Of a stretch of DNA of 64,000 nt, positions 47,189 through 56,055 are shown in pieces. Both the position numbers and the translations under genes were made by a program. Position 1 is the stretch's first letter. Each line of letters opens with the position of its first letter. Source of the DNA: Patescibacteria group bacterium (GTDB lineage Bacteria > Patescibacteriota > Minisyncoccia > Phycocordibacterales > Phycocordibacteraceae); NCBI GenBank assembly GCA_004322365.1, contig SCTS01000006.1:160756-224755 (forward strand), given 5' to 3'. Under the pieces are notes generated by a model that saw only the letters and a program-made list of their open reading frames with translations, made no database searches and was not told the DNA's origin.

Positions 47189-48460
47189 TTAATATTCTCG
47201 TAAAGAAATTTGTGCTCCAATCTTACGCACCAAATCCAAGACGACTGACACAACAATGAGGAGCGCTGTACCGCCGATGGCAAGCGTACTTAAGCCTGTG
47301 AGAGATTGCATGATAAGCGGGAGAACGGCAACAACACCGAGAAAGAGTGCGCCAACCATAGTGATGCGCGTAATGACGGTGCCAAGATACTCTGCTGTTT
47401 GTACTCCTGGGCGTACCCCTGGTACAAAAGCTCCGTTCTTCTGCAGATTGGTTGCGAGCATGTTTGGATCAAAAGTAACTGCGGTATAGAAATAGGTGAA
47501 AAGAAACACGAGGAGGAAATAAAACACTGCATAAATCACTGCACCACCACTCCACGAGAGAAGCGCGCTCGCAATTCCTGAAAGCCACACCACAGAAGAT
47601 TTTGCTGCAAAATTCAAAAGGAGTTGAGGGAACAACAGAATGGAGAGGGCGAAAATAATAGGAATAACCCCTGCCTGATTTAAGCGAAGCGGCAAGTAGG
47701 TAGAAACACCGCCATACATTTTATTACCGCGCACTCTCTTGGCGTAGGTCACGGGAACTGGTCGTTCTGCTTCAGTCATCACAACAACCCCATAGATAAT
47801 AACCAAGGCTGCGACAATAAAGCCCATATAGAGAGGAATTTGCGCAGGGTTAAAGGAGAACAACAGCTGCGCAAAATTCTGCGGAACGCTCGCGACGATA
47901 CCTGCAAAAATTATGAGCGACACACCATTACCAACACCAAACTCCGTCATAAGCTCTCCAATCCACATCAACAAGACCGAGCCTGCAGCTATGATAAGAA
48001 CATTCAACATGAACGCCATCCATGGAAGTTGGTCAACGATTCCCTGACTCTGGAATAACGAGAGGTACGCGTAGCCTTGAATAAATGCGAGCGGAATAGA
48101 AAGTAATCGTGAGTACTGACTAAACTTCTTGCGTCCTTGGTCTCCCTCCTCCTGATACATCATCTTCAACTTTGGGAACATGATGGTAAGAACCTGCATG
48201 ATGATAGATGCAGTGATGTACGGCGCAACGCCGAGCATGACTATTGAAAGATTGGAAAGCCCTCCTCCTGAGAAAATGTTGAGGAGACCAAGGAATTGGT
48301 TACTTGAAAAGAATTGCGAGAGACGCACTGGATCAATCCCTGGGATTGGTATCGTCGCGAGAAGTCTGAATACGGCAAGTGCCACAATGACAAAACCAAT
48401 ACGCTTGAGAAGCATACCGTCGCTCAGAATGAGTTTGAGTTTTGCAAAGAATCCAGACAT
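47189..48460 (-). CDS. secY: Preprotein translocase SecY
   Basis: LGVAPYITASII, GNGVSLIIFAGI, AGVIPIIFA, GGTALLIVV. Confidence 0.97.
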   Translation of the reverse strand: MSGFFAKLKLILSDGMLLKRIGFVIVALAVFRLLATIPIPGIDPVRLSQFFSSNQFLGLLNIFSGGGLSNLSIVMLGVAPYITASIIMQVLTIMFPKLKMMYQEEGDQGRKKFSQYSRLLSIPLAFIQGYAYLSLFQSQGIVDQLPWMAFMLNVLIIAAGSVLLMWIGELMTEFGVGNGVSLIIFAGIVASVPQNFAQLLFSFNPAQIPLYMGFIVAALVIIYGVVVMTEAERPVPVTYAKRVRGNKMYGGVSTYLPLRLNQAGVIPIIFALSILLFPQLLLNFAAKSSVVWLSGIASALLSWSGGAVIYAVFYFLLVFLFTYFYTAVTFDPNMLATNLQKNGAFVPGVRPGVQTAEYLGTVITRITMVGALFLGVVAVLPLIMQSLTGLSTLAIGGTALLIVVSVVLDLVRKIGAQISLREY

Positions 48461-48472
48461 GGTAACCAATGT

Positions 48473-48982
48473 TTAGCTTTTAGCTTTTAGCGAAGAGACG
48501 GCTTTCTTAGAAGGCATAACCTTCCTTGAAACAGGGGCGCGGACAGCACCTCCTGCTTTCTCAATTGTAGCTCGTGCTACTTCAGAGATGAAAACATCCT
48601 CAAAAGAGAGCTTCACGGTGAGTTCACCTCGCGCAAGAACTTTTATAGGAGGAACCTTACCGGAAATGCGTCTCACAACTCCAGCCTTTACGAGCGCAAT
48701 AGGAGTAACGATATCCCCTGCCTTAAATTGTCTTGAGAGTGTATCGAAATTGACAGTAGCAAACCTAACGCGAGGCACTGCTGTGCGAGAACGGTTTCTA
48801 CCATACCCGCGTCGTTTTGGAATTTTCTTGATGATGTCTCGCCATTCTGGGCGAAATTTTGCGCCAGCGCGGGACTTCTGACCTTTAGCGCCACGACCAG
48901 ATGTCTTACCTCGTTTTCCTCCACGACCAACACGACGACTTGTCGCATTGCTCTTTGTTCTTGCCAATGTGTGAAGTTCCAT
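48473..48982 (-). CDS. rplO: 50S ribosomal protein L15
   Basis: RVGRGGKRGKTSGRGAKGQKSR. Confidence 0.95.
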   Translation of the reverse strand: MELHTLARTKSNATSRRVGRGGKRGKTSGRGAKGQKSRAGAKFRPEWRDIIKKIPKRRGYGRNRSRTAVPRVRFATVNFDTLSRQFKAGDIVTPIALVKAGVVRRISGKVPPIKVLARGELTVKLSFEDVFISEVARATIEKAGGAVRAPVSRKVMPSKKAVSSLKAKS

Positions 48983-48983
48983 A

Positions 48984-49604
48984 TTATTTCTTTAGACTTG
49001 AAAGTGCCTTAATGGTTGCGCGTGCAATGTTGAGTTTATTTTTAGATGGTGACAAAACTTTTGCGGTCACATCTTTAATTCCTGCGAGCTCCAAAACAAT
49101 TTTTACTGCAGAACCAGCAACAATACCGCGCTCAGGTGAAGGACGGATAGAAACTATTCCTGAAGAAGTCTTTGCCATCACATCATGTGCAATACTCATG
49201 GTCTTTGTCATCCTGACAGTAATCATGTTCTTTTTTGCATCACGGAGAGCCTTCTCAATTGCAAGTGCTGTGTCTCCCCCCTTACCGATACCTATTCCTA
49301 CACGACCTTTTCTGTCTCCTGCGGCAATAGCTGCAGAGAATGAAAAGCGTCTACCTCCTGCCATAACGCGAGCAACACGACGGATGAGGATGGTTCTTTG
49401 ATCAAATTCTGCTCGTTCACGAGGTTCACGCTTTCGGTCTCCCCCACGAGAAGGTCGACGATCACCACCGGCAGCACCACCACGAGCAGGTCGGCGACCA
49501 CGCGGAGCATTTCCGGGTGCACGAGATGCAGGGGAAACAGGTGCCGATGCTGGAGTCGCTTCGGTTGTGTTTTCAGATACTGGTGTGTTTTGTTCGTCGT
49601 TCAT
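48984..49604 (-). CDS. rpsE: 30S ribosomal protein S5
   Basis: RRVARVMAGGRRFSF; disordered N-terminal extension. Confidence 0.96.
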   Translation of the reverse strand: MNDEQNTPVSENTTEATPASAPVSPASRAPGNAPRGRRPARGGAAGGDRRPSRGGDRKREPRERAEFDQRTILIRRVARVMAGGRRFSFSAAIAAGDRKGRVGIGIGKGGDTALAIEKALRDAKKNMITVRMTKTMSIAHDVMAKTSSGIVSIRPSPERGIVAGSAVKIVLELAGIKDVTAKVLSPSKNKLNIARATIKALSSLKK

Positions 49605-49625
49605 ATACTAAATAGTGAAGCTACA

Positions 49626-49982
49626 TTAAAATTCCAATCCTCCAGCCCTAGCAGCTTCCGCAAGCGCTCGGACGCGTCCTGTGTAAGTGAAGCCTCCTCG
49701 ATCAAAGACAACCTTCTTTACACCCTTCAAAAGTGCAGCGGCCGCAACGCGTTCACCAACAATTTTTGCGTCTTCCATCATAGTTTTTCCTTTCACATCC
49801 ATAGACGAAGCGCTTGCAATAGTGACCTGCTTATCATCGTCAATAAGTTGTGCGTAGAAATATTTATTTGAACGAAATACAGCAAGACGAGGGCACGAAG
49901 CTGTGCCTTTTACCTTCGCACGGATACGGCGATGGCGACGAGCGCGAAGAGCAGATTGAGTTTTTGGAGTGAGTTTAGACAT
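49626..49982 (-). CDS. rplR: 50S ribosomal protein L18
   Basis: PRLAVFRSN, VVFDRGG. Confidence 0.96.
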   Translation of the reverse strand: MSKLTPKTQSALRARRHRRIRAKVKGTASCPRLAVFRSNKYFYAQLIDDDKQVTIASASSMDVKGKTMMEDAKIVGERVAAAALLKGVKKVVFDRGGFTYTGRVRALAEAARAGGLEF

Positions 49983-49987
49983 ACAAA

Positions 49988-50524
49988 TTATGCAGATGCT
50001 TTCTTACCTTGTTTACGGCGCACATACTCACCATCGTAACGAATTCCCTTACCTTTGTATGGCTCAGGCTTTTTCACGGCGCGAATAACTGCAGAAAACT
50101 GACCTACTGCGTCTTTATCAATACCGCTCACCGTGATTTGGTTCTTCTCAACAACAACATCAATGCCCTCAGGGATTGCCAAAATTACTGGATGAGAAAA
50201 TCCAACGAGGAATTTCATATTCCTTCCCTGCACTTCAACGCGGTACCCGATACCTTCAAGAGTTAATTTCTTTTCGTATTTCTTATTCACACCAGCAATC
50301 ATATTCTTGAGGTGAGATGCAAATGTTCCCCAGAGAGAGCGCGCAAGCTTTGAAGAATTCAAAGGCGCAACCGTTACGGCTTCACCTTCAACAGTTACCG
50401 ATACCATCGAGTGTACTGGTCGTGTTATTACGCCCAAAGGACCCTTCACAGTCAACACGCCCTCAGCAACTGAGATGTGCGTATTTGCTGGAATAGTTAT
50501 TGGATTTTTACCGATGCGTGACAT
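49988..50524 (-). CDS. rplF: 50S ribosomal protein L6
   Basis: MSRIGK, PEPYKGKGIRY. Confidence 0.97.
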   Translation of the reverse strand: MSRIGKNPITIPANTHISVAEGVLTVKGPLGVITRPVHSMVSVTVEGEAVTVAPLNSSKLARSLWGTFASHLKNMIAGVNKKYEKKLTLEGIGYRVEVQGRNMKFLVGFSHPVILAIPEGIDVVVEKNQITVSGIDKDAVGQFSAVIRAVKKPEPYKGKGIRYDGEYVRRKQGKKASA

Positions 50525-50551
50525 ATGTATTTTTGTAGTGATCGTATTGGA

Positions 50552-50947
50552 TTACCAGATTTTGAAAAGAGTCTCCCCTCCGAGTCTATTTTGTCTCGCC
50601 TCACGATCAGTGACGATGCCTTGTGGTGTAGAAAGTACCATAAGTCCTTTACCGTACTTCACTGGGAACACTTCGCGAGCTTTTGCATACAAACGGCGAC
50701 CAGGCTTCGAAATTCTTTTAACACCGTTGATTCTTGGAAGGCCTTCAGCATCGTAGAGCAATTCAACAACGAGAGTCTTATGAATCCCTGAACCTTCTTC
50801 AGAAACTTCACCAAGGTATCCTGACTTGCGAAGTGCCAAGGCAACTGCAAGCTTGAGTTTGGAAAATGGCACAGCAACTGATGCCTTACGCACAGCTGTG
50901 GCGTTTTTCAGACGAACAATGAAATCTCCAATAGGATCTGTAATCAT
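50552..50947 (-). CDS. rpsH: 30S ribosomal protein S8
   Basis: DPIGD, ISKPGRRLY, STPQG. Confidence 0.96.
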   Translation of the reverse strand: MITDPIGDFIVRLKNATAVRKASVAVPFSKLKLAVALALRKSGYLGEVSEEGSGIHKTLVVELLYDAEGLPRINGVKRISKPGRRLYAKAREVFPVKYGKGLMVLSTPQGIVTDREARQNRLGGETLFKIW

Positions 50948-50971
50948 GATGAAATTATTGCTGTGGTTGAA

Positions 50972-51241
50972 TTACCAAGAAGACTTCTTAACACCTGGGA
51001 TCTCTCCTCGGCGTGCCATTTCGCGAAACTGAATACGAGAAAGACCGAAATGACGCATATAGCCCTGACCACGGCCAGTAACCGCGCAACGATTCTTCAC
51101 ACGAATTGGTGAAGCATCTTTAGGAAGCTTCTGGAGGCCTTCCCAATCTCCTGCCTCTTTCAAGGTAGCGCGCTTCACAGCAAAACGAGCGACCGTCTTG
51201 ATACGCTTAGAATTACGAGCCAATTGTGACTTTTTAGCCAT
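50972..51241 (-). CDS. rpsN: 30S ribosomal protein S14, 89-aa zinc-independent form
   Basis: [19 protein letters not shown]...[10 protein letters not shown]; only one Cys. Confidence 0.95.
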   Translation of the reverse strand: MAKKSQLARNSKRIKTVARFAVKRATLKEAGDWEGLQKLPKDASPIRVKNRCAVTGRGQGYMRHFGLSRIQFREMARRGEIPGVKKSSW

Positions 51242-51593
51242 TTTGTTTTAGGGAACCGTATTCATTCAGCAGAACTGAGATGAAGGGTATTCGCCTTTTG
51301 AGCCCTGTTCCGTATCTCGAGAGCCGAGACCTTAAAGAAAAAGCGCTTCGAAAAGCTATTGCTAGGATAGCAGTAAAGAAGGTGTCGGTCAAATTAACAG
51401 AAATCAAAGAAAATATGGCTTCCCGTCTATCTTTTGAGGCCCCGACTAATTGCCGGACTTTGGGGGAAGAAAAGGTCCCGGGAGAGGTTTCCCAGTAAGC
51501 CCAAGGGCTTCGAGTAATGCTGGTATAGCTTCTTTTGGAGGAACTGAAAAAGAAGTCGAACCTTTGTACGCCATAAGAATCGAAAAAAAAAAA

Positions 51594-52133
51594 TTATACT
51601 GCCTCCTGAAGTGGGACGCCGATGTGGCGGAAAAATGCCTCTGCCTGCTTTGCATCTTTTGCTGTCGTCACAATGGTGATAGCAAGGCCGAATACATCTT
51701 TCAATTCTTCATCTGAAGTCTCAGGGAAAATAGTGTGCTCTTTAATACCGAGAGTTATGTTACCCAAGGAATCAATCGCTTTTGCGGAGAGTCCACGGAA
51801 GTCACGGGTACGAGGAAGAGAGATATGAACAAGTTTGTCCAAGAAATCATACATGCGAGCACCACGGAGTGTTACTTGGTAACCCACAGGATCCCCTTCA
51901 CGAACCTTGAATGAAGCAACTGATTTCTTTGCACCACGAACCGCTGCTTTTTGACCAGTAATCAAAGCAAGCCTGTCTTCAATAACTTCAATTTTCTTTT
52001 TATCTTTTATCTTTCCAATACCTGTTGAAATAACCACCTTCACAAGGTGTGGTGCTTGAAAGACATTCTTGTAACCAAAATCCCCCTTTAGGGTTTTGAA
52101 TGCGCTTTTTTCTTGTGTACGAACTGATTGCAT
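51594..52133 (-). CDS. rplE: 50S ribosomal protein L5
   Basis: ITGQK, FKVREG, LPRTRDFRG, IFPE. Confidence 0.96.
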   Translation of the reverse strand: MQSVRTQEKSAFKTLKGDFGYKNVFQAPHLVKVVISTGIGKIKDKKKIEVIEDRLALITGQKAAVRGAKKSVASFKVREGDPVGYQVTLRGARMYDFLDKLVHISLPRTRDFRGLSAKAIDSLGNITLGIKEHTIFPETSDEELKDVFGLAITIVTTAKDAKQAEAFFRHIGVPLQEAV

Positions 52134-52140
52134 ATATTTT

Positions 52141-52443
52141 TTATACTTCTGAACCACTCTTAACAGCGACACGGACACGCTTATTTCCCTTCATTTTAAT
52201 CGAAATACGAGTACCCTTGCCTGACTTTGGATCAACGAGCATCGCATTTGATACATGGAATGGCATCGACATGTCAACAATCTGACCTTTTTTGTTGCCA
52301 CGGGGTTTCTGATGCTTTTTCTTCATGTTTAAGCCCTCAACAATAATCTTGCTGACCGCTGGAAGCGCTCTCGTTACCGTACCTGTCTTACCTTTATCCT
52401 TACCGGTAATTATGATGACTTTATCTCCTTTTCTTATTTTCAT
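52141..52443 (-). CDS. rplX: 50S ribosomal protein L24
   Basis: KGDKVIIITGKDKGK. Confidence 0.96.
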   Translation of the reverse strand: MKIRKGDKVIIITGKDKGKTGTVTRALPAVSKIIVEGLNMKKKHQKPRGNKKGQIVDMSMPFHVSNAMLVDPKSGKGTRISIKMKGNKRVRVAVKSGSEV

Positions 52444-52475
52444 ATTGTTTTTGTTTTTCTCTGTACCGCCTATTA

Positions 52476-52856
52476 CTACACAACTTCTGGAGCAAGAGAA
52501 CCAATCTTTTGGTATCCCATATCGACGATTTCACGAGGGATTGGACCGAAGACACGATTTGCCTTTGGTTCAAAAGGATCTTTTGCATTCTTTGAAAGAA
52601 TCACCACAGCGTTATCATCGAAGCGAATATAGGAACCATCAACACGGCGGAATGTCTTTCTTTGTCGAACTACTACCGCAGTCAATACATCTTTTTTCTT
52701 AACCATTTTTCGTGGTTCAGCAGACTGCACAGAAAGCACTACTCTATCGCCAATCTGAGCAATAGTTTTTTTGGAACCACCAAGCACTTTGAAAATGCGT
52801 CCAACCTTTCCGCCGGTGTTATCTGCAATGATGACGAGTGATCGATCTTGAATCAT
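52476..52856 (-). CDS. rplN: 50S ribosomal protein L14
   Basis: MIQ, ADNTG, IRFDDNA, SLAPEV. Confidence 0.96.
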   Translation of the reverse strand: MIQDRSLVIIADNTGGKVGRIFKVLGGSKKTIAQIGDRVVLSVQSAEPRKMVKKKDVLTAVVVRQRKTFRRVDGSYIRFDDNAVVILSKNAKDPFEPKANRVFGPIPREIVDMGYQKIGSLAPEVV

Positions 52857-53092
52857 ATAACTATAAAGTGCTTATTCTTCGACATTGGGCGACATGGCGC
52901 AATTGTGACGCGTTCTCCCTCTTTTTTGGTATTCCCTGCATCATGCGCAAGATACTTCTTTGTTTTCTTCACATACTTTTTATACTTTGAATCCTTCACA
53001 TAGCGATTTACAGCAACCGTTATCGTGTCTTTCATTTTTGTGGATACGACCACGCCGGTAAGTGTTTTCTGATTTTTTGTGTTTGTTTCCAT
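52853..53092 (-). CDS. rpsQ: 30S ribosomal protein S17
   Basis: GVVVSTKMKDT, RPMSKNK. Confidence 0.95.
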   Translation of the reverse strand: METNTKNQKTLTGVVVSTKMKDTITVAVNRYVKDSKYKKYVKKTKKYLAHDAGNTKKEGERVTIAPCRPMSKNKHFIVI

Positions 53093-53097
53093 ATAGT

Positions 53098-53292
53098 TTA
53101 TGCCTCTCTTTCTGCCATGACTAGCTTAATACGGGCGATGTCGGCACGAATTCCGCGAGCCTTGCGGACATTCTTAGTGCGTGATCCCGACATACCAAAA
53201 CGAAATTCACGAAGCTCAATTTCGAGCTCACCAAGAGCCTTCATAAGCTCACTATCAGTCTTCTTCCTAACATCTATAGCTTTCATATGCAA
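53098..53292 (-). CDS. rpmC: 50S ribosomal protein L29
   Basis: RADIARIK; operon position. Confidence 0.9.
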   Translation of the reverse strand: MHMKAIDVRKKTDSELMKALGELEIELREFRFGMSGSRTKNVRKARGIRADIARIKLVMAEREA

Positions 53293-53294
53293 AT

Positions 53295-53714
53295 TTAGTG
53301 GCGAGCAATTACGGTCGTTTTAACTGACAATTTTGTCGCAGCCTTGCGAAGTGCTTCTCTCGCAATCGCATCAGTAACACCATCGATTTCAAAGAGAATT
53401 CTGCCTGGCTTTACCTCAACAACAAAACGGTACGGGTCACCCTTACCCTTACCCATCGGCAACTCACCTCCTTTCTTTGTGTCGGGACGGTCAGGAAATA
53501 CGCGAATCCAAACACGGCCAGTTTTTCCTAAAAGTCTCGCCCCTGCTCGACGAGCAGCCTCAAGCTGATTTGATGAAATACGATCCGAAGTAAGAGCTTT
53601 CAACCCATGAGAACCGAAGGCAAGCGTAATACCACGGGTTGCGACCTGCTTCTTGTTAGGGTTTACGCGTGAGCGTTGCCACTTTCTATATTTAACTTTT
53701 TTTGGAAACAACAT
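53295..53714 (-). CDS. rplP: 50S ribosomal protein L16
   Basis: MLFPKKVKYRK, WIRVFPD, MGKGKG. Confidence 0.96.
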   Translation of the reverse strand: MLFPKKVKYRKWQRSRVNPNKKQVATRGITLAFGSHGLKALTSDRISSNQLEAARRAGARLLGKTGRVWIRVFPDRPDTKKGGELPMGKGKGDPYRFVVEVKPGRILFEIDGVTDAIAREALRKAATKLSVKTTVIARH

Positions 53715-53720
53715 AAAAAT

Positions 53721-54401
53721 TTATACTTTTGGACGTGACGCATCATCAGCGAAAATATCGCCACGATAAATCCAAACCTTAACGCCGATTTTACCCAAAG
53801 GAAGTTGTGCTGCTATCTGTGCATAATCAATGTCTGCACGGAATGTCTGAAGAGGGATACGCCCACGCTTCAATTCTTCAGTGCGTGACATAGAGCCTGA
53901 ACCGAGCATGCCAGCAACAGCAATACGCACACCCTTCACATCTCTATTTGCCATAACCTTATCAATTGTCTGTTTCAAAACACGTCGGAAAGGAAGGCGC
54001 TTCTCGAGACTCTCCACCACCATACCTGCAACAATTGCTGCGTTAGATTCAGGTGATCGAACTTCAATAACATCAAGGTGAAGCGCAGGCACTGATGAAA
54101 GTTTCATGCTTTTGAGCATTTGGTGCAAATCCTTTTTCAATTTTGTTGCACCTTCACCTGAACGACCAATAACCATACCTGGGCGTGCTGTATGAATTTG
54201 AACTCGCAAATCTTTTTGGGAACGCTCAATTTCAACATGCGACACATAGCTTCCACGAAGACGCTTTGTCAAAAATTGACGAATCATTGCATCAGTGCGA
54301 ATGAATTCACGGTTCTTTTTTGCAGAACCAGCAAACCAACGACTCTGCCAATCCCTAAGGATGCCAAGACGATGCGCGTATGGATGAACGATTTTTGTCA
54401 T
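53721..54401 (-). CDS. rpsC: 30S ribosomal protein S3
   Basis: ARPGMVIGRSG, PLQTFRADIDY, GVKVWI. Confidence 0.96.
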   Translation of the reverse strand: MTKIVHPYAHRLGILRDWQSRWFAGSAKKNREFIRTDAMIRQFLTKRLRGSYVSHVEIERSQKDLRVQIHTARPGMVIGRSGEGATKLKKDLHQMLKSMKLSSVPALHLDVIEVRSPESNAAIVAGMVVESLEKRLPFRRVLKQTIDKVMANRDVKGVRIAVAGMLGSGSMSRTEELKRGRIPLQTFRADIDYAQIAAQLPLGKIGVKVWIYRGDIFADDASRPKV

Positions 54402-54404
54402 AAA

Positions 54405-54746
54405 TTATTTTTTCTTCTTTGGCTTTGCTTTCCCTAAAGTCACTGTTATATGGCTCATTCTATGGCGAATTGGGGAAGAACGACCGAACGCACGAGGCAT
54501 CGAGCGCATAGCAACTAAACCTTTATTGACTGTAATATTTTGGACAACAAGAGTTCTTCCGTCTTCACCTTGCTTCTCCGCGTTTGCGACAGCAGACGAA
54601 ATGAGTTTAGCCATAGGAGTTGCGGCGCGCTTATCCAAGAACTTTAGTGCGAGAAGTGCCTCCTCGACACCCTTACCCTTCACAAGCTCAGTAACGAGTC
54701 TGGTTTTTCGTGGAGTCTGCTTGTAGTTGGAAAGTGTCGCCTTCAT
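54405..54746 (-). CDS. rplV: 50S ribosomal protein L22
   Basis: TPRKTRLV, SAVANA, PRAFGR, SHITV. Confidence 0.96.
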   Translation of the reverse strand: MKATLSNYKQTPRKTRLVTELVKGKGVEEALLALKFLDKRAATPMAKLISSAVANAEKQGEDGRTLVVQNITVNKGLVAMRSMPRAFGRSSPIRHRMSHITVTLGKAKPKKKK

Positions 54747-54771
54747 ATGCTGATTCTAGATGTATGAAAAA

Positions 54772-55131
54772 TTACTTCTTAGCTCCGGCCTTAGCCTTAC
54801 CATCAGCAGGTGCCTTTGCTGCTTGTGCTGCTGCAATTTCAGACTCTTTCTTCTTCTGCTCAAGTTCTTTCTGCATCTTACCTCCGTGACGAGTAAACTT
54901 CGTCGTTGATGAAAATTCACCAAGGCGGTGCCCTACCATTTCCTCTGTAACAAACACTTCAGGAAAATCCTTTCCGTTATGAACAAGGAAAACGAAACCA
55001 ACCATTTCAGGGCTGATTTCAGATGCACGAGCCCATGTCTTAATAGGTGCTGTTACGCCTGGCTTCTTACCCTCAATCTTCTTTAGAAGCTTGTGGGCGA
55101 CATACGGACCTTTTTTAAGTGAACGAGACAT
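54772..55131 (-). CDS. rpsS: 30S ribosomal protein S19
   Basis: [19 protein letters not shown]; Lys/Ala C-terminal extension. Confidence 0.96.
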   Translation of the reverse strand: MSRSLKKGPYVAHKLLKKIEGKKPGVTAPIKTWARASEISPEMVGFVFLVHNGKDFPEVFVTEEMVGHRLGEFSSTTKFTRHGGKMQKELEQKKKESEIAAAQAAKAPADGKAKAGAKK

Positions 55132-55194
55132 TGTTGTAGTTTTGACCCAAATCAAGTGCGCACTAAGAAAAATGCGCCCTCACGAGCTTTGAGC

Positions 55195-55224
55195 ATACTA
55201 TCCCAATCACCCGCCCACTGTCAA
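55195..55224 (-). promoter_or_regulatory. Sigma70-like promoter restarting transcription at rpsS
   Basis: TTGACA-N18-TAGTAT on the minus strand, abutting the left palindrome. Confidence 0.6.
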
Positions 55225-55225
55225 T

Positions 55226-55261
55226 CTCATTTGTGCAACCTCCGGAGGTTGCACAAATGAG
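55226..55261. repeat. 36-bp perfect palindrome (REP-like)
   Basis: CTCATTTGTGCAACCTCCGGAGGTTGCACAAATGAG. Confidence 0.93.
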
Positions 55262-55284
55262 CACTGAATCCGAAATGAAAAAAT

Positions 55285-55977
55285 TTACAAAATGATACCT
55301 TCTAATTCTTCAGCTAGAAGTTTTTTGCTGGTTGTTTTAACAAAGTCGGCGTAATTACTTTTTGCTGTTATAGCAAACTGCCCTGTGATAATTTCGGGGA
55401 CAATGAGCCCTCCCCATCGGTTCGCGTCACTAAAATCTTGGAGCGACGACCAAGGATACTCGAATTCCTTTCCTGACCATTCTCGTATGTCACTGGGGTT
55501 TCTATGAATATAGGCGGATGCATATAAAAGCTGGGAATCTGTTTTTACATGCACCGCTTTGTACGGACCCTGAAATACATGCCCCGAGGTTTCATACTTA
55601 GTATTATAATATTTTGTATATCCGTCAGATACGCGTTGCATGTAGCGTGCCATTCCCCCTTCAATAGTTTCTTTGACCAACAAGTGAAAATGGTTGGACA
55701 TCAGACAAAAACAAACCACTTCCACAAAACGACTCTCGATAATGGACTCGATATCTTCGTTAGGAACGGAAAAACCAATTTCTGGAATAAAACTTTCAGT
55801 AATGCGCGATAGGTTTTTAAATTGATGGGGAGATTGCAGAAACAAAACATTAAAAAGGAACCGGTGCCAGTCACGCTTATCTTTAAAAATAGTCTGCCTA
55901 TGCGCACCGCGATTGAACACATGATAGTACTCCCCCGGAGCAATACCTTCTCGTGACTTTGATACGGCCTTACGCAT
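55285..55977 (-). mobile_element. REP-associated tyrosine transposase (RAYT / IS200-like HUH Y1)
   Basis: YYHVFNRG, CLMSNHFHLL (HUH), YIHRNP, YPWSS; flanked by matching palindromes. Confidence 0.88.
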
Positions 55978-55995
55978 TACTGTAGGCTAGCATAT

Positions 55996-56025
55996 CCCTG
56001 TGCAACCTCCGGAGGTTGCACAGGG
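55996..56025. repeat. 30-bp perfect palindrome (REP-like)
   Basis: CCCTGTGCAACCTCCGGAGGTTGCACAGGG; 24-bp core identical to 55226-55261. Confidence 0.93.
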
Positions 56026-56055
56026 GGTTCTGAAAACAAGAAAAATTACTTCGAA

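Noticed and set aside
51242-51593. RNase P RNA or group I intron
   Set aside because: The GAGGAAAGUCC and terminal P4 motifs and a recognisable P7 core were not found on either strand. The short ORFs 51280-51498 and 51446-51655 are also unconvincing.
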